Shown: positions 23,701 through 35,700 of the stretch, piece after piece
Position numbering within the stretch: the stretch's first letter is position 1
Layout: each line of letters begins with the position of its first letter
The notes under the pieces: model-generated
Databases searched by the model: none
What the model was told of the DNA's origin: nothing
Seen by the model: only the letters and a program-made list of their open reading frames with translations
Program-made: the position numbers and the translations under genes
Source: Squalus acanthias
Taxonomy: Eukaryota
Length of the DNA stretch: 64,000 bases
Reading direction: 5' to 3'
Assembly: GCA_030390025.1 (NCBI GenBank)
Contig: CM059428.1
Span: forward strand, 17,174,001-17,238,000

Positions 23701-26700
23701 ACTATCAGTGGTGGGGAAACTTCTGGAGATTATTATTCCAGGACAAAATTAATTGTCACTTGGAAGAACATGGGTTCATAAATGACAGGCAACATGGATT
23801 TGTTAAAGGCAAATGGTGATTGAAATTTGATTGAGTTCTTCAATGAAATAAAGATGGATGAAGGTAGTGCAGCTGATGTATATATGGACTTTTGGAAGGC
23901 TTTGATAAAGTGCCACATAATAAACGTTAGCAAAGCAAAATTGAAGCCAATAGGATTAAAGGTGCAATGGCAGCAACGTTCTGATGAAAGGTCATCGACC
24001 TGAAACGTTAACTCTTTCTCTCTCCACGGATGCTGCCTGGCCTGCTGAGTTTTTCCAGCGTTTTCTGTTTAGTATTTTAAGACAAAAAGTTTGACAAAGA
24101 TAAATTAGGGCAGGTGACCAAGAGCTTGGTCAAAGAGGTAGGTTTTAAGGAGCATCTTAAAGGAGGAAAGCGAGGCTGAGGGGTTTAGGCAGGGAATTCC
24201 AGAGCTTAGGGCCTAGGCAACAGAAGGCACGGCCACCAAAGGTTGAGTGATTATAATCAGGGATGCTCGAGGGCAGAATTAGAAGTGGTCATAATACTGA
24301 CCCCTGGGGGACACCACTGCATACTTCGCTCCAGTCTGATAAACAACCGTTCACCACTGTTTTCTGTTTCTTGGCCAATTTTGTGTCCAAGCTGCCATTG
24401 CACCTTTAATCCTATTGGCTTCAATTTTGCTTTGCTAACGTTTATTATGTGGCACTTTATCAAAGCCTTCCAAAAGTCCATATATACATCAACTGCACTA
24501 CCTTCATCCATCTTTATTTCATTGAAGAGCTCAATCAAATTTCAATCACCATTTGCCTTTAACAAATCCATGTTGCCTGTCATTTATGAACCCATGTTCT
24601 TCCAAGTGACAATTAATTTTGTCCTGGAATAATAATCTCCAGAAGTTTCCCCACCACTGATAGTGGGCTGACATGAAACAGATAGTTATAGAACATGAAT
24701 ATAAAATGACTGTTAAATATAAAGTGAGTAGAACAATTTAATAAAAATAAATTGCACAGCATCTGAAACAACTGGGAACTGGTGGCAATAATGCATAGCG
24801 AGGAGCCAGATGTAGTAGGGATAACTGAAACATGGCTATATTAAGAAAAGGACTGGCACTTAAATATTGCAGGATTTAGTATAGGGAAGGAAAAAGGGGG
24901 TGGGGTAACTGTACTATTAGAGATAATCTAATGGCAGTGGAAAAAAGGGACATCACTAACAAGATAGAAACAGAATCCATATGGATTGAGATGAAGGTTA
25001 AGAAGGGATTGATCATGGTAATAGGGGTATTTACTGATCACCTAATAGTGGAAGGGAAGTGGAGAAAGAAGTATGTAAGCAAATCTATGAAATGAGTAAA
25101 AGAGATGCAATAACAATCATGGAAGATTTCAACTACCCCCAAATGAAGAATGGGTAGGGGTAGAGGAAAAGGGAATGGAGTTCTGTGTGCAGGACTCCTT
25201 TCTTACCCAGTACATAGAGGTCCAACAAGAGAAGAATCACTGCTGGATCTAGTAATGGGTAATGAACCAGAGCAGATAAGAGAAGTAAGCGTAGGGGAAC
25301 ATCTAGGCAATAGCGATCACACCATAAGATTTAAAATAATGATTGAGAAAGACATGCGTACTAACAGATTGGGGGGGAAAGCTAATTTTGAGTGGAGGAG
25401 AATGGAACTAGGGAAAGTAAAATGGAAAAAAAAAAGTTGACACATAGAACAGCAGCAGGAAATATTTAAAAAGGTGATCAGTAGTTCAGGAGAAAAATAT
25501 TCTGCGAACACACTAGCCAATAATGAAACACCATAAGTGAATAAAGAGATGAGGGTAAAATTGAAACTAAAGAAAAAGGCATACACTAAGTACATAGACA
25601 ATAAAGGAGAGGATGACAAAAGGGAATACGAAGAGGTTAGGAAAGCATTCAAAAACAATATTGGGAAAGCCAAGAGAAACTACAAAATTAACTTATCGAG
25701 GCATATAAAAAGAAATAGTGAAGTATTCTACAGACAAATAGCAAAAGAAAGGAAAAATCAGGTTAGGGATAGTGCCACTAAGGGCTGCATAAGATAAACT
25801 TGCAGGTAATGACAATGAAATGGAAGAAATATTGAACAGTTACTTTGCCTCGGTATTTAGGGAGACTAACAGTGGACATGACATTGGAAGAAGAGATCAA
25901 AAAAGATATAAAGACATTTAAGAGAGAAAGGGGGAGATAATAAACTAATCAAACTGAGGATAAAACCCCATTGCTTCCACCCATAATTAAAGCAGTTAGA
26001 GATGGCAGAAACACTATATTGTATAATTTTTTTATTAGTATTCATTAGCAAAGGGAATCGTGCCAGAGGACAGCTAATGTCGGTGGTAGGAAAGATAATG
26101 GAATCCTTATATAATATCAGCACCGATTTCAAAAGGAAAGGTCATGCTTGACCACCCTTGGAGAAAGCAAGAGTAATGTAGTAGATGTAATCTGTTGGAT
26201 TTTCAAAAGGCCTTGGATAAGGTACCGCATGTGGAGTCAGGGGACAAGTAGCAGAATGGATAGCACGCTGGCTACAAAACAAAACACTAGGGTTTAAGGG
26301 TAGTTACTCAGACTGGCAAAAATGGGAAGTGCTGGGACCACTTCACCATTTACAATAGATTTTGGTCTCTGGAATGAGAAGTACAATTTCAAAATTTGCG
26401 GATGACACCAAATTGGGGGGGTATAGTTAATACTGAGGAAGACTGTGACAAAATACAGAAGGTATTAGTAAATATGCAGAATGTACAGGTAATTGGCAAA
26501 TTAATTTCAATGTAGCTAAGTGTGAAGTGGTGCATTTGTTGGGAAGAATAAGGAGGCCATATAATCCTTGGAAAATAAATCTAAATGGGGTACAGGAGCA
26601 AAGGAATCTAGGTGTACAGTTACATAAATCACTAAAGGTAGCGAAACAGGTTAATAAGGCCATTATATTAAAATGAAACACATCACTGGTTCATTTTTAG

Positions 26701-29700
26701 AGGGATAGAATTGAAAAGCCGAGAAGTTATGTTTAAACTCCTATAGACCTTGGGTTAGACCACACTTTGAGTACTGTGCACAGTTCTGGACTCCATATTA
26801 CAAAAAGGATCTAGAGGCAGTGGAGAAGGTGGTGGTGGTGCTCCGTTTGCCAGAAGGCCTTATTTGGAAGACCTGAATTAGTGATTTCAGAGTGCAAGGT
26901 ATTGCCTTGAGTAAAGGGTCCCACCTGAAGCATCAATCGGCTTTTTTATTTCGGCTGCTGACTAATTTGGTATTTCTAGGATTTTCAACATTTGTGCTCT
27001 TTTATCTGTATTCTTGATGCTTACATGCTGCTTTTGCTATGTGGGAATGATTATGTATTACTGTAATTTGATTTTTCTTTTTCCTTTAGTAGGTGCTCCT
27101 TCAAAGCTTAAAACTGAGGAGCCATTAAACAATATTTTTTAAGGAATATCACTAAGCCACTGCAGTAACTAATCACTAAAATTAATTGTTCAAATTAAGT
27201 AAAACTCCTTTTTTGTATAAAGAATACTGACTACTGTGTACTGATATTAAACTGTTCATGTGTCCTTGTGCTCTTTTTTTTCCCCTTTAGATACAAGCGA
27301 GTCTTTTCAATTGGTACGCATGCTGTAACCACGTACAATCCCAGCACCCTAGAAGTTACCAATCAGGTAATGAATGGTAGTTACCTTAGTGACACTTTGA
27401 TTAGTTTTAAAGATAATTGCCTGTTTTTGTGCTGTAAATTACATGTGATGTGATTGTTTTGCACATAATGGCCCAAAAATTAGTGAGGGAGCCTTCGTGC
27501 GAGGGTAAGGCTTCCCCGCGATCTCTCACTGCGCGTTGGCTTTTTCAGTTCCAGCTCGCACGAACTTGATGTTCTGGACAGCTGCTGTGCTGGGCTTGCG
27601 TATCCCACAGGCGCAGTTAATTCGTGCGAGCTGTGGGATCACGTGACTCAGTTAGAGCCAATGGCAGCACACCATCTTCCATTCATAACTTTCACATAAG
27701 TGCTGTGAAAGCTATGAATCTATGCCCCCCCAAAAGAACAGCTAAACCTCAATTAAATTAAAAAAAAACATCACATTAATAAAATAAGTATAGTTAAATA
27801 AATTAACCATTTTAAATAAAAAATTAAATTTTTGAAAAAATTTAAAATCTTTTAAAAAGTTATAAAAATAAACTTACCTGTCTTTAAAGTCTCTAAAAAA
27901 GATATACCTGTTAAAAAAAATTCAAAATAATACTTAATTCACTACTTACCTTGTTAAAAGTGGGTCTTACTCCTTTTTTATGTGTAAAATCTTCCGTACT
28001 TACCTGCGCGTTGAAACCACTAAGTGCACTGCATGCGCGCAGCCTGTAGCGCGCACGCGGTTCAGCTAGGAACCGCCCCCTTTTCCATTCACCATGTGCC
28101 GGTTTTCAGCGCATGCAGAAAACCGGCAATTGGAGACAGAATACGCGAGAGTACGCAGTGCGTACTCTCGCGTAGCGGCACTAATTTTGGGGCCATTGAC
28201 ATTTACTGATTGGAAATAATGACTAAAATTTGTCCAGAAAAATCTATTTCAGAAAGTAGGTGAGTCGTTGTCTCCCCATCCTCTCTCCCTTTGTGCCTGA
28301 CTACCCCTCCAACCACTGGCCTTTTGCTGGTTCTTTGTGGGGGCTTCACTTTGGCAGTTGCCAAGTTTCTAATTTATGTTGTTTGGGTCAACTTTTTTTA
28401 TTACATGGGATTCTGGCATTTTTACATGTGCATTGGGCATCGTAATCTGAGATTGTCTGCCGCAAACTGGTTTCCTTGGCCATGACCTGCACCAGGGTAC
28501 AATTGCATAGACGCAAGTGGGCGTCCCTGTGTAAGCTAGCCTGTGAATGTGAGCAGCTATTGGAACAGAAGCTGTTCCTGCTGGATGGTTGTCCTTAATT
28601 CCAAGTTACTCCTCAAAATAATAGGGTTCAAGAACATTTATTGTTATTCACCGGGTATTAAGCATACAGTGATGACTATTATTGACAATAATTACATATA
28701 CTTGAGTACCACTACGGCCATACTTTGAGAGTTTACCAGAGAATTCAAGCACGTTACAATTCTCAAACTCGGGGGGGTTCAAGAGTCATAGTCATACGGC
28801 ACAGAAGGAGGCCATTCGGCCCATCGAGTCCGTGCCAGTACAGACCTCCTTGAATTCCAAAGTATCTGTTCTAACTTCCACTTTTTAAGCATTTTTTCCT
28901 ACCCTGCTGCTTGAGAATTCACATGGTTTTTACATTACCTAATCCACATTTATCATTGAACACTGATTTAATTGTCCTGTCCTTTCAGCACACCGAGCAT
29001 ACTCCCTTAATTTGACTCGCACGCCCTAATCTTCAGATTGATTTGAGTTTCTTGGGCAGGTGCCTTTTCAAGGCTGGAGCTAACAAAAGCCAGCTTCTTT
29101 GTAATCTCTTATTGGCTAAAGGCTGTCTCTGCCTGGTATTTCTTTTAATTCCCACTGACTAAACTGAACATTGCTAAAACACACTCATCCAAAATAAAGC
29201 AAACCTGTACTACATTTTCATCCTTCAACAGAAGCTCACCTAACAGGCAAAAGCTAAAAATTAATATAAAAAAACCCTTTCCTTACAAAGTGCTTCATTC
29301 TAATGGAAGCCACATGGCTGCTGAGTTTGTATTTCTAAATCCCATAACACTTTCTAGGTATACAATTCCTTCAATGTAACTCTGCTATTGAGCATGAGAG
29401 CAACTGCAATATACTAAATGCATTATTTAAATTATGCCCAAGCTCAAGAAAATGTTTCAAAACTGTGGTAAACGCCTTTTCCTTGTAGTGGCCTTATGGC
29501 GATATCTGCAGCATCGGTCCTGTTGGGAGAGGACAAGGGACGGAATTCAACTTGACCTTTCGTAAAGGAAGTGGAAAAAAATCTGAAACCCTTAAATTTT
29601 CTACTGAACATAGAACAGAGTTACTAACTGAAGCACTGGTAAGTTTTACTTGAGTTTCAAAAATTCTTTAATGTTCAGGTGGTAAACCAAGTAACTGGCT

Positions 29701-32700
29701 TTATTTGATTCAGATAATCACTAAGTGTTGTATTTGTGCACGTAACAGTGTAGCTGGCATGACTTAAATGGGCACAATCACTTCAGCCAGGAGTGCTACC
29801 TTAAATTACAGAGGTAGCTATCCTTACTGTTGCCTGTTCTGTGTGGCATGGGGTAGGAAAGAGTGCAGTAGGTGAGAACACATCTAATGTCTCTACTTGA
29901 ATCGAGCAAGATTGATGGGATGAAAAATCTCCCGCGACACCATGAAGTGCCTGTTTTAAATGGGTTCAGGTATTACCCATTCAGTTTGTCTAAGTCAGTG
30001 ATAGAACCTTGCTGGCAATTGTACAGGCCATAAGGATAGCTGAAGTTAGAAATGGAAATATCCTATTAATAAGCAGGATATTCCTTAACTGGTAGTCCCT
30101 GATCTATACAGAAAAGAGGAAGGCTGTTCTTTATGTTGCAAGGCTTGGTCAGAATTAGTCTGCATTACATATCAGTTGAGCCTCTGCATGCTTAGTTCCC
30201 CTGAACACCTTCAGCTCAGGGAATCTTTGCAGATGCACATGGTTTAGAATTTTCGGTTCCCCAATGACCTTCACGCAAACTGAGATTCTATAGAAAGATG
30301 TGCTTGGGGATGACGCTGGACAATTTTAAGTGCCAGCAGGTCCCTAAGCAATCCCTGGCATAGCTCCTTAAAGTGCTTGAAGCTGCCCCACTTTGGCGAA
30401 CGCAGTTTCTTTTTGTGATGCTGCAGTGATTCAAAAAAGGCAGGGAACTGCATGCCCTTGACCATTGTCACAAGTGGAAACTGCATCCAGGATCTTCCAG
30501 ATAATTGGGCCCTTGTCATTGGATGGTTAAGCAAGATATATTTTGGGTGTCTGTGACTGCATCACCTCAAAAGAATTGTTTGCTGGAATGTAGTGTGGTA
30601 AGGGAAAGGCTGTATGCTCTTGTATGGTGTCAGCCGATTAGAAATTATATCCAGCGGGAGTTTGGCGGCAGGGGGCTGCAGCTGTGAATGCGTGGGGACA
30701 GTCACAGGCCATCGGTTGGGGGTGGGTTTTGCAGCGATCTGGAGGAGCTTTCTGCCTGCGAGAGGGGGGAGGCACTCTTGCTCCTCCTGGCCCACAAGGA
30801 AGCCTAAAATTAAATTTTTCAAACTTACCTGCTGGGCCTCTTCTGGTCCATGATCCAGCTCCTGGCAGGTCTGGCCTGACGAGGGAACAGTCACTGCTCC
30901 CCCACTCCTGCCTCCGACTACCGATGAGATAATTGGGACCCGATCTCCTATTTAAAGAAGGAACCCACTTCCTTCCTGTGGGTGTCCAATCACCTGCTCA
31001 AAAGAGCTTAAGATCCGGATACGACGGGAAGGCAGTGGGATCAGAGGGGGTAAGTGACTCGTCTCAGTTTAATTGCCGCCCCCCCCCCCCCCCAGGTTTC
31101 CACCAGGCGAGGCGCGTTAAAATGCATTCCACCAGCTGCAGCTGACGGCAGAGGGTTCCATACATGCAGCCAACCCTAAAGCAGTGAACCTCTGAGCTTG
31201 AGTTGTCTGTGTGATTGCCAGCAGGTGTGAGGTTTGAATTTGTTAAAGTCTCGCTGGCATGGGGCCGGGGAGGATGCTGCTTAATCAGGGAAGGAACCCA
31301 AGCAAGTGGATGAAGGGCGAGGAATCTGCCCCATCACTGCCATGTAGCGTTGCCAACTCTGGTTGGAGGTATTCTTGGAAGATTGACGGCCTGACCACGT
31401 TGTTGCATTTACTGTGCAAAGGTGGGGTTCCTGTAGTTAAGTATCTTTGCTCGTGGTTTTGTGCCAGCAGCTGATTTGCTGCAGCGTGGATGCGCATGCT
31501 CAAATTGGTGTTATGACACACTTTTCTCCAGAGTTGCCAACAGCAGCGATCGGGAGACGAATCACCGATTTCAGTAGACTCTTGCTGAAACTGGGAGGGT
31601 TGGAAACCTTACTGTCATGGCATCCAGTTTTGTGCGATTGCTGAGGAAGTGGCGTTGCAAACCTTGCACAGTGCTTGTGTTTTGTTCATGTGTATTTCAA
31701 TAGTTGCTTTGTGTTTTTAGTGTTCCTGTGGTGTTGTGCTGTGCTTTTGCTTTAAGATGTCTTTATTCAAAGTGGATAATTGAGCAAAAAGTGACTTTGA
31801 ATTAACAGTAGACTGTACTGTAATCTACAAGTAGACCATTAGTAGCAATATTGATAGCATACTAACTTTGCCAGAGATTCTCATTCAGCAGTCAGAAGCA
31901 GAACAATACTTATTGTTGGCCAAATCAGTTGGATCCAGATGACCCCTGATCGAATAATAACTTTTCTGTTAAACTGGTAAATTAAGTTAATAAACCACAG
32001 GATTAGTGAAGAGAGGCTATTTGGCCCATCTTCCTTTATCCATCCAGAAACACCCTGGAGTGTTCACCCCCATTGCAGCATCCAATTGGTTCTAAAATAA
32101 GACCAGGATTTTCACCCCCACTATTCTATCTGGGAGTCCATTCCATGTCTCAATTACTTTGTGCAATTTAATTTGAAGTAATTTTCTGGGTTTATATTTG
32201 CCATACCATTTACTATCTATCTTGCCTTGAAGATCAGCTCTGGGCATTTCAGCTTTGAAAAGGAATGTCCAGGTTTCTCTGGTCTCTCCTCACAACTCTG
32301 ACCTGTAGCACTGGTGATCAGCCTTCTGTCTGGGGAATCCTTTCAGAAGCCTGTCTTGCACTTAGACTCATTTAGCATAGAAGGTCATTCAGCCCATCAT
32401 GCCTGTGCCGGCTCTTGGAGAGAGCTATCCAATTAGTCCCACTCACCTGCTCTTTCCCCGTAGCCCTGCAAATTTTTCCATTTTAAGTATATATCCACTT
32501 GGACATGATACAAGAACAAGCTTATTCTGCAATTCTTCACACTCCAACTCCTCTGTCAGACTATTTCTGATCTTTTATTGATCGGACTGTGAACTCCGTT
32601 CCTCTGAACTTCATCTTGTTCCTTCTGAACTCAAATATATTATACATGTTCTTTCTCTTCGCTATCTTAAAATCTAGACTAATTGTACCATTTTCTACAA

Positions 32701-35700
32701 TCTTCAGGGTTTTAAAATCCAGGATTGGTGTTGCCTAATCTCATTTATGTTTATATTCTTATCTTCAACTCTGGTGGTGGTGGTTTTCTTCACCTAGGTT
32801 TCTCCATTCAGAAAAATTGTGCTTGCTGTGGTGAATTTAAGACTGTTTTGTTGGATACAAATTACAGCTCAATCACCTGCCCTGATGACAGATGCTTCCT
32901 TCATATTTTCAGAACAATTGTTCCAAGCATTATATGGGGCAAGTTGACTGGCTGCTTTGATAAAACATTTCTCATATCCTACAGTTTTGGCTGTATTTTA
33001 CAATTCAATTTCTAAATGAACTTGCACATTGGTTAGTATTATGCCTGGGAGGGAATAATCAGTAAGTTGACGTGCAAAATAAACCATTAACCAACGGGAG
33101 AATTTCTGGAGCTGTCTTTTGAGACGTTGGCTCATCAAAATGTTTCTCCTAAAAGGGATTTAGTTTTTGTTGGAACTTTTTTGATTTGCTTATATTGCCA
33201 GAAAGTACTGCAACTTGCCCCTTTAACGTAGTAAAAGTCCCAAGGTGCTTCACAGGAGTGTTATCAAACAAAATTTTACAACGAGCCATGAGATATCAGG
33301 ACAAGTGACCCAAAGCTTAGTCAGAGGTAGGTTTTAAGAAGCATCCTAAAGAGAGGTAGAAAGGTGGAGAGGTTTAGGGAGGGAGTGGTTAAGGGTTGGG
33401 GTAGGGATTTGCGGGGGCTGAGTACCTGAGAGGGGTGAAATGAAAGGAGCCATGATGACAGGGAGAAGGGAAATGGAAGAGATGGGCTCGGGCCCAGAGC
33501 GGCAGCCAAAACGCACACGTGAATGGACATAGAAACTCAAGTTACATAGGAATGGTTACACAGCAAGATTAGGATAGATATGTCCTGGTAATAAACAGGG
33601 AATAGAAAGGCGACAATAGGAGGGAGCCCAAATTTAAAGTCAGAGGTCCTGTGATGGGATAAAGTTGACGTAGACAGGGTGGAGTCAGCTTGGCGGATCG
33701 ACTAACTGATCTCTAGGTTTGGAGAAGGGTGTGGTGGGCGAATGAGTCCACAAGATATTTGAAGGATAGAGTATCGGAGGCACACTGCTGAAGATATTTC
33801 CATGGAAATGAAGAGCCAGGAGGTGTGGAAAATTGGTCACTGGGCAGAAAAACGGTGTCCAAGTTGAAGGTCACTAAGATCCAGAGGTGGCAGAGAAATG
33901 GTAGCGACTTTTGCTAGGATACTCGTGGCCCAACTGGTCTATGCCAGTGTTTATGTTCCACACAAGCCTCCTCCACCCCTCATCTAATCCTATCAACATA
34001 ACCTATTCCTTTCTCTCATGTTTAATTATCTACCCCTTAAATGCATCAATGGTATTCGCCTCAACTACTCCTTGTGGTAGAGTTCCACTTTCTGGGTGAA
34101 GTTGTTTCCTTGCTCCTCATCTTCTCTCATTCCTCCTCCCATTATCCCCCCCTCTCCAACATCATAAGCCTGAACATGCTGGCCAGTTGTATGTAGCATG
34201 TTCAAGGTTGACTTAGGCACAGACCAAGAATTAAATTCTAATGTGTGGACTCTGTCGTACTAATTTTAGTAGAAAACGCCTTGTGCTTTTACCTATATTG
34301 AGTTTTTTTACATGTCTATATTTACTTAACGAACATCTACCACCATTCAGTAACCAAGGAAGTAAAACACTCGTGCACATTGCTTTTTGTTTTGCCATTT
34401 GACCAGCAAACTCTAAGGTTAAAGAGCACATGCATACACCATGTGAAATGAGTATTGGATCACATGCCTGATAGCTCTGTCTATTACTTGTTTTTTTTAT
34501 TTACTACTTAAATGCAATTAACCACATCTGGATTCCTAATTAGCCACATGTGGCTAATATATTGGACAACACTGTGCTGTGTGGAAGAATGAAGACTCTC
34601 CAATGTAACGTTAACTCCCACTGTCCCTGCTATGCACTCTCTGCTCGATACTGCTGTTTAGTGCAGTCTTTCAGGGCATTAACCCCAACTTCATCTTTAG
34701 TGATAGGTTACAAGGAGTGTTGATGCAGGAAAAAGGAAGGGTTAAAAGCAAGTTGAGGGCAGTCTTATAATCTGCACTTGCACCAATTAGTAGGCTGCCA
34801 ACCTGGTTTTACTTGAGATCCTCTCATCTATTTAAGACTTTCACCGAGTCATTCTCGACTGGATTCAAATCCAGGTCTCTGGTGAAAGGCTTGTTGCAAA
34901 CCTTTGCTCCCCAGTCCCTAAAGATACTATCATTTATTGTAAGGATAATTGAGATCACTTTTGGAGTGTTTTGTCTCAACTAATGGTGGAAAACAGAAGA
35001 GAAAAAGATTATTGCAGATCTGGAGAGAGGTCCAAGGAGCTCAGTTTCAAACCAGAAGTACATGACAGCTACTGACTTTTTCCTTAAAGTCTTTTTTTAA
35101 AAACTCTGATCAGCCTCTTTCTTCCTGGCTCAGTTGGTAGTACCTTTGCCTTAGAGTTAAAGAAAGACTTGAATTTCACGATCTTGGGATGTCTCAACAC
35201 TTTACAGCCAATGAAGTATTTTGAGGTGTAGTCACTGTTGTAATGTAGGAAACGCGGCAGCCAATTTGCACACAGCAAGCTCCCACAAACAGCAATGAGA
35301 TGACCAGATAATCTGTTTTAGGTGTTGCTTTTGGGTTAATTATTGGCCAGAACACCGGGGGAAACTCCCCAGCTAGTGGCAATAGTGCCACGGGAACTTT
35401 TACGTCCGCCTGAGAGGGCAGTCGGGGCCTCTGTTTAACGTCTCATCCGAAACACGCCACCTCCGACAGTGCAGCACTCTCAGTACTGCATTGAAGTGCC
35501 AGCCTAGATTTTGTGCTCCAGTCTCTGAGTGTGACTTGAACCCACAACCGTCTGAAGGTGAGAGTGCTACCACTGAGCCACGGCCCGCACATGGGAGAAT
35601 TCTCACTCTCTTTGAATAGGGCCGTGGGATATTTAATGTCATTCCTGAGCAGGAAGCTGGGACCTGAGTTTAACATCTTCTTCAAAATATGGTACCTCCG

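Larger units (their letters stand above)
23512..24285 (-). mobile_element. L2-type 3' fragment split by the 23593-24070 insertion
   Basis: 23521-23592 and 24085-24280 align end to end with the paralogous L2 tail at 10875-11370. Confidence 0.8.
22280..24672 (-). mobile_element. CR1 LINE fragments hosting nested PLE-mini, L2 and composite insertions
   Basis: CR1 tail at 22280; RT motif [10 protein letters not shown] in ORF 24257..24538; CR1 sequence resumes at ~24285 where it left off at ~23512. Confidence 0.8.
23591..24774. repeat. 384-bp inverted duplication: 23591-23974 vs 24391-24774
   Basis: Ungapped reverse-complement match with about 3 substitutions seen by eye; also visible as the twin ORFs 23733..23933(-) and 24243..24632(+). 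Confidence 0.93.

Noticed and set aside
28590-29287. Possible solo LTR (TGT...ACA ends, AATAAA on the minus strand, small CR1 tail inserted at ~28783-28838)
   Set aside because: No matching target-site duplication and no second copy were found, so it is unsupported.
30590-31130. GC-rich segment resembling another MITE
   Set aside because: The termini and TSD could not be defined; it is noted only for its ACTTACCTG motif.
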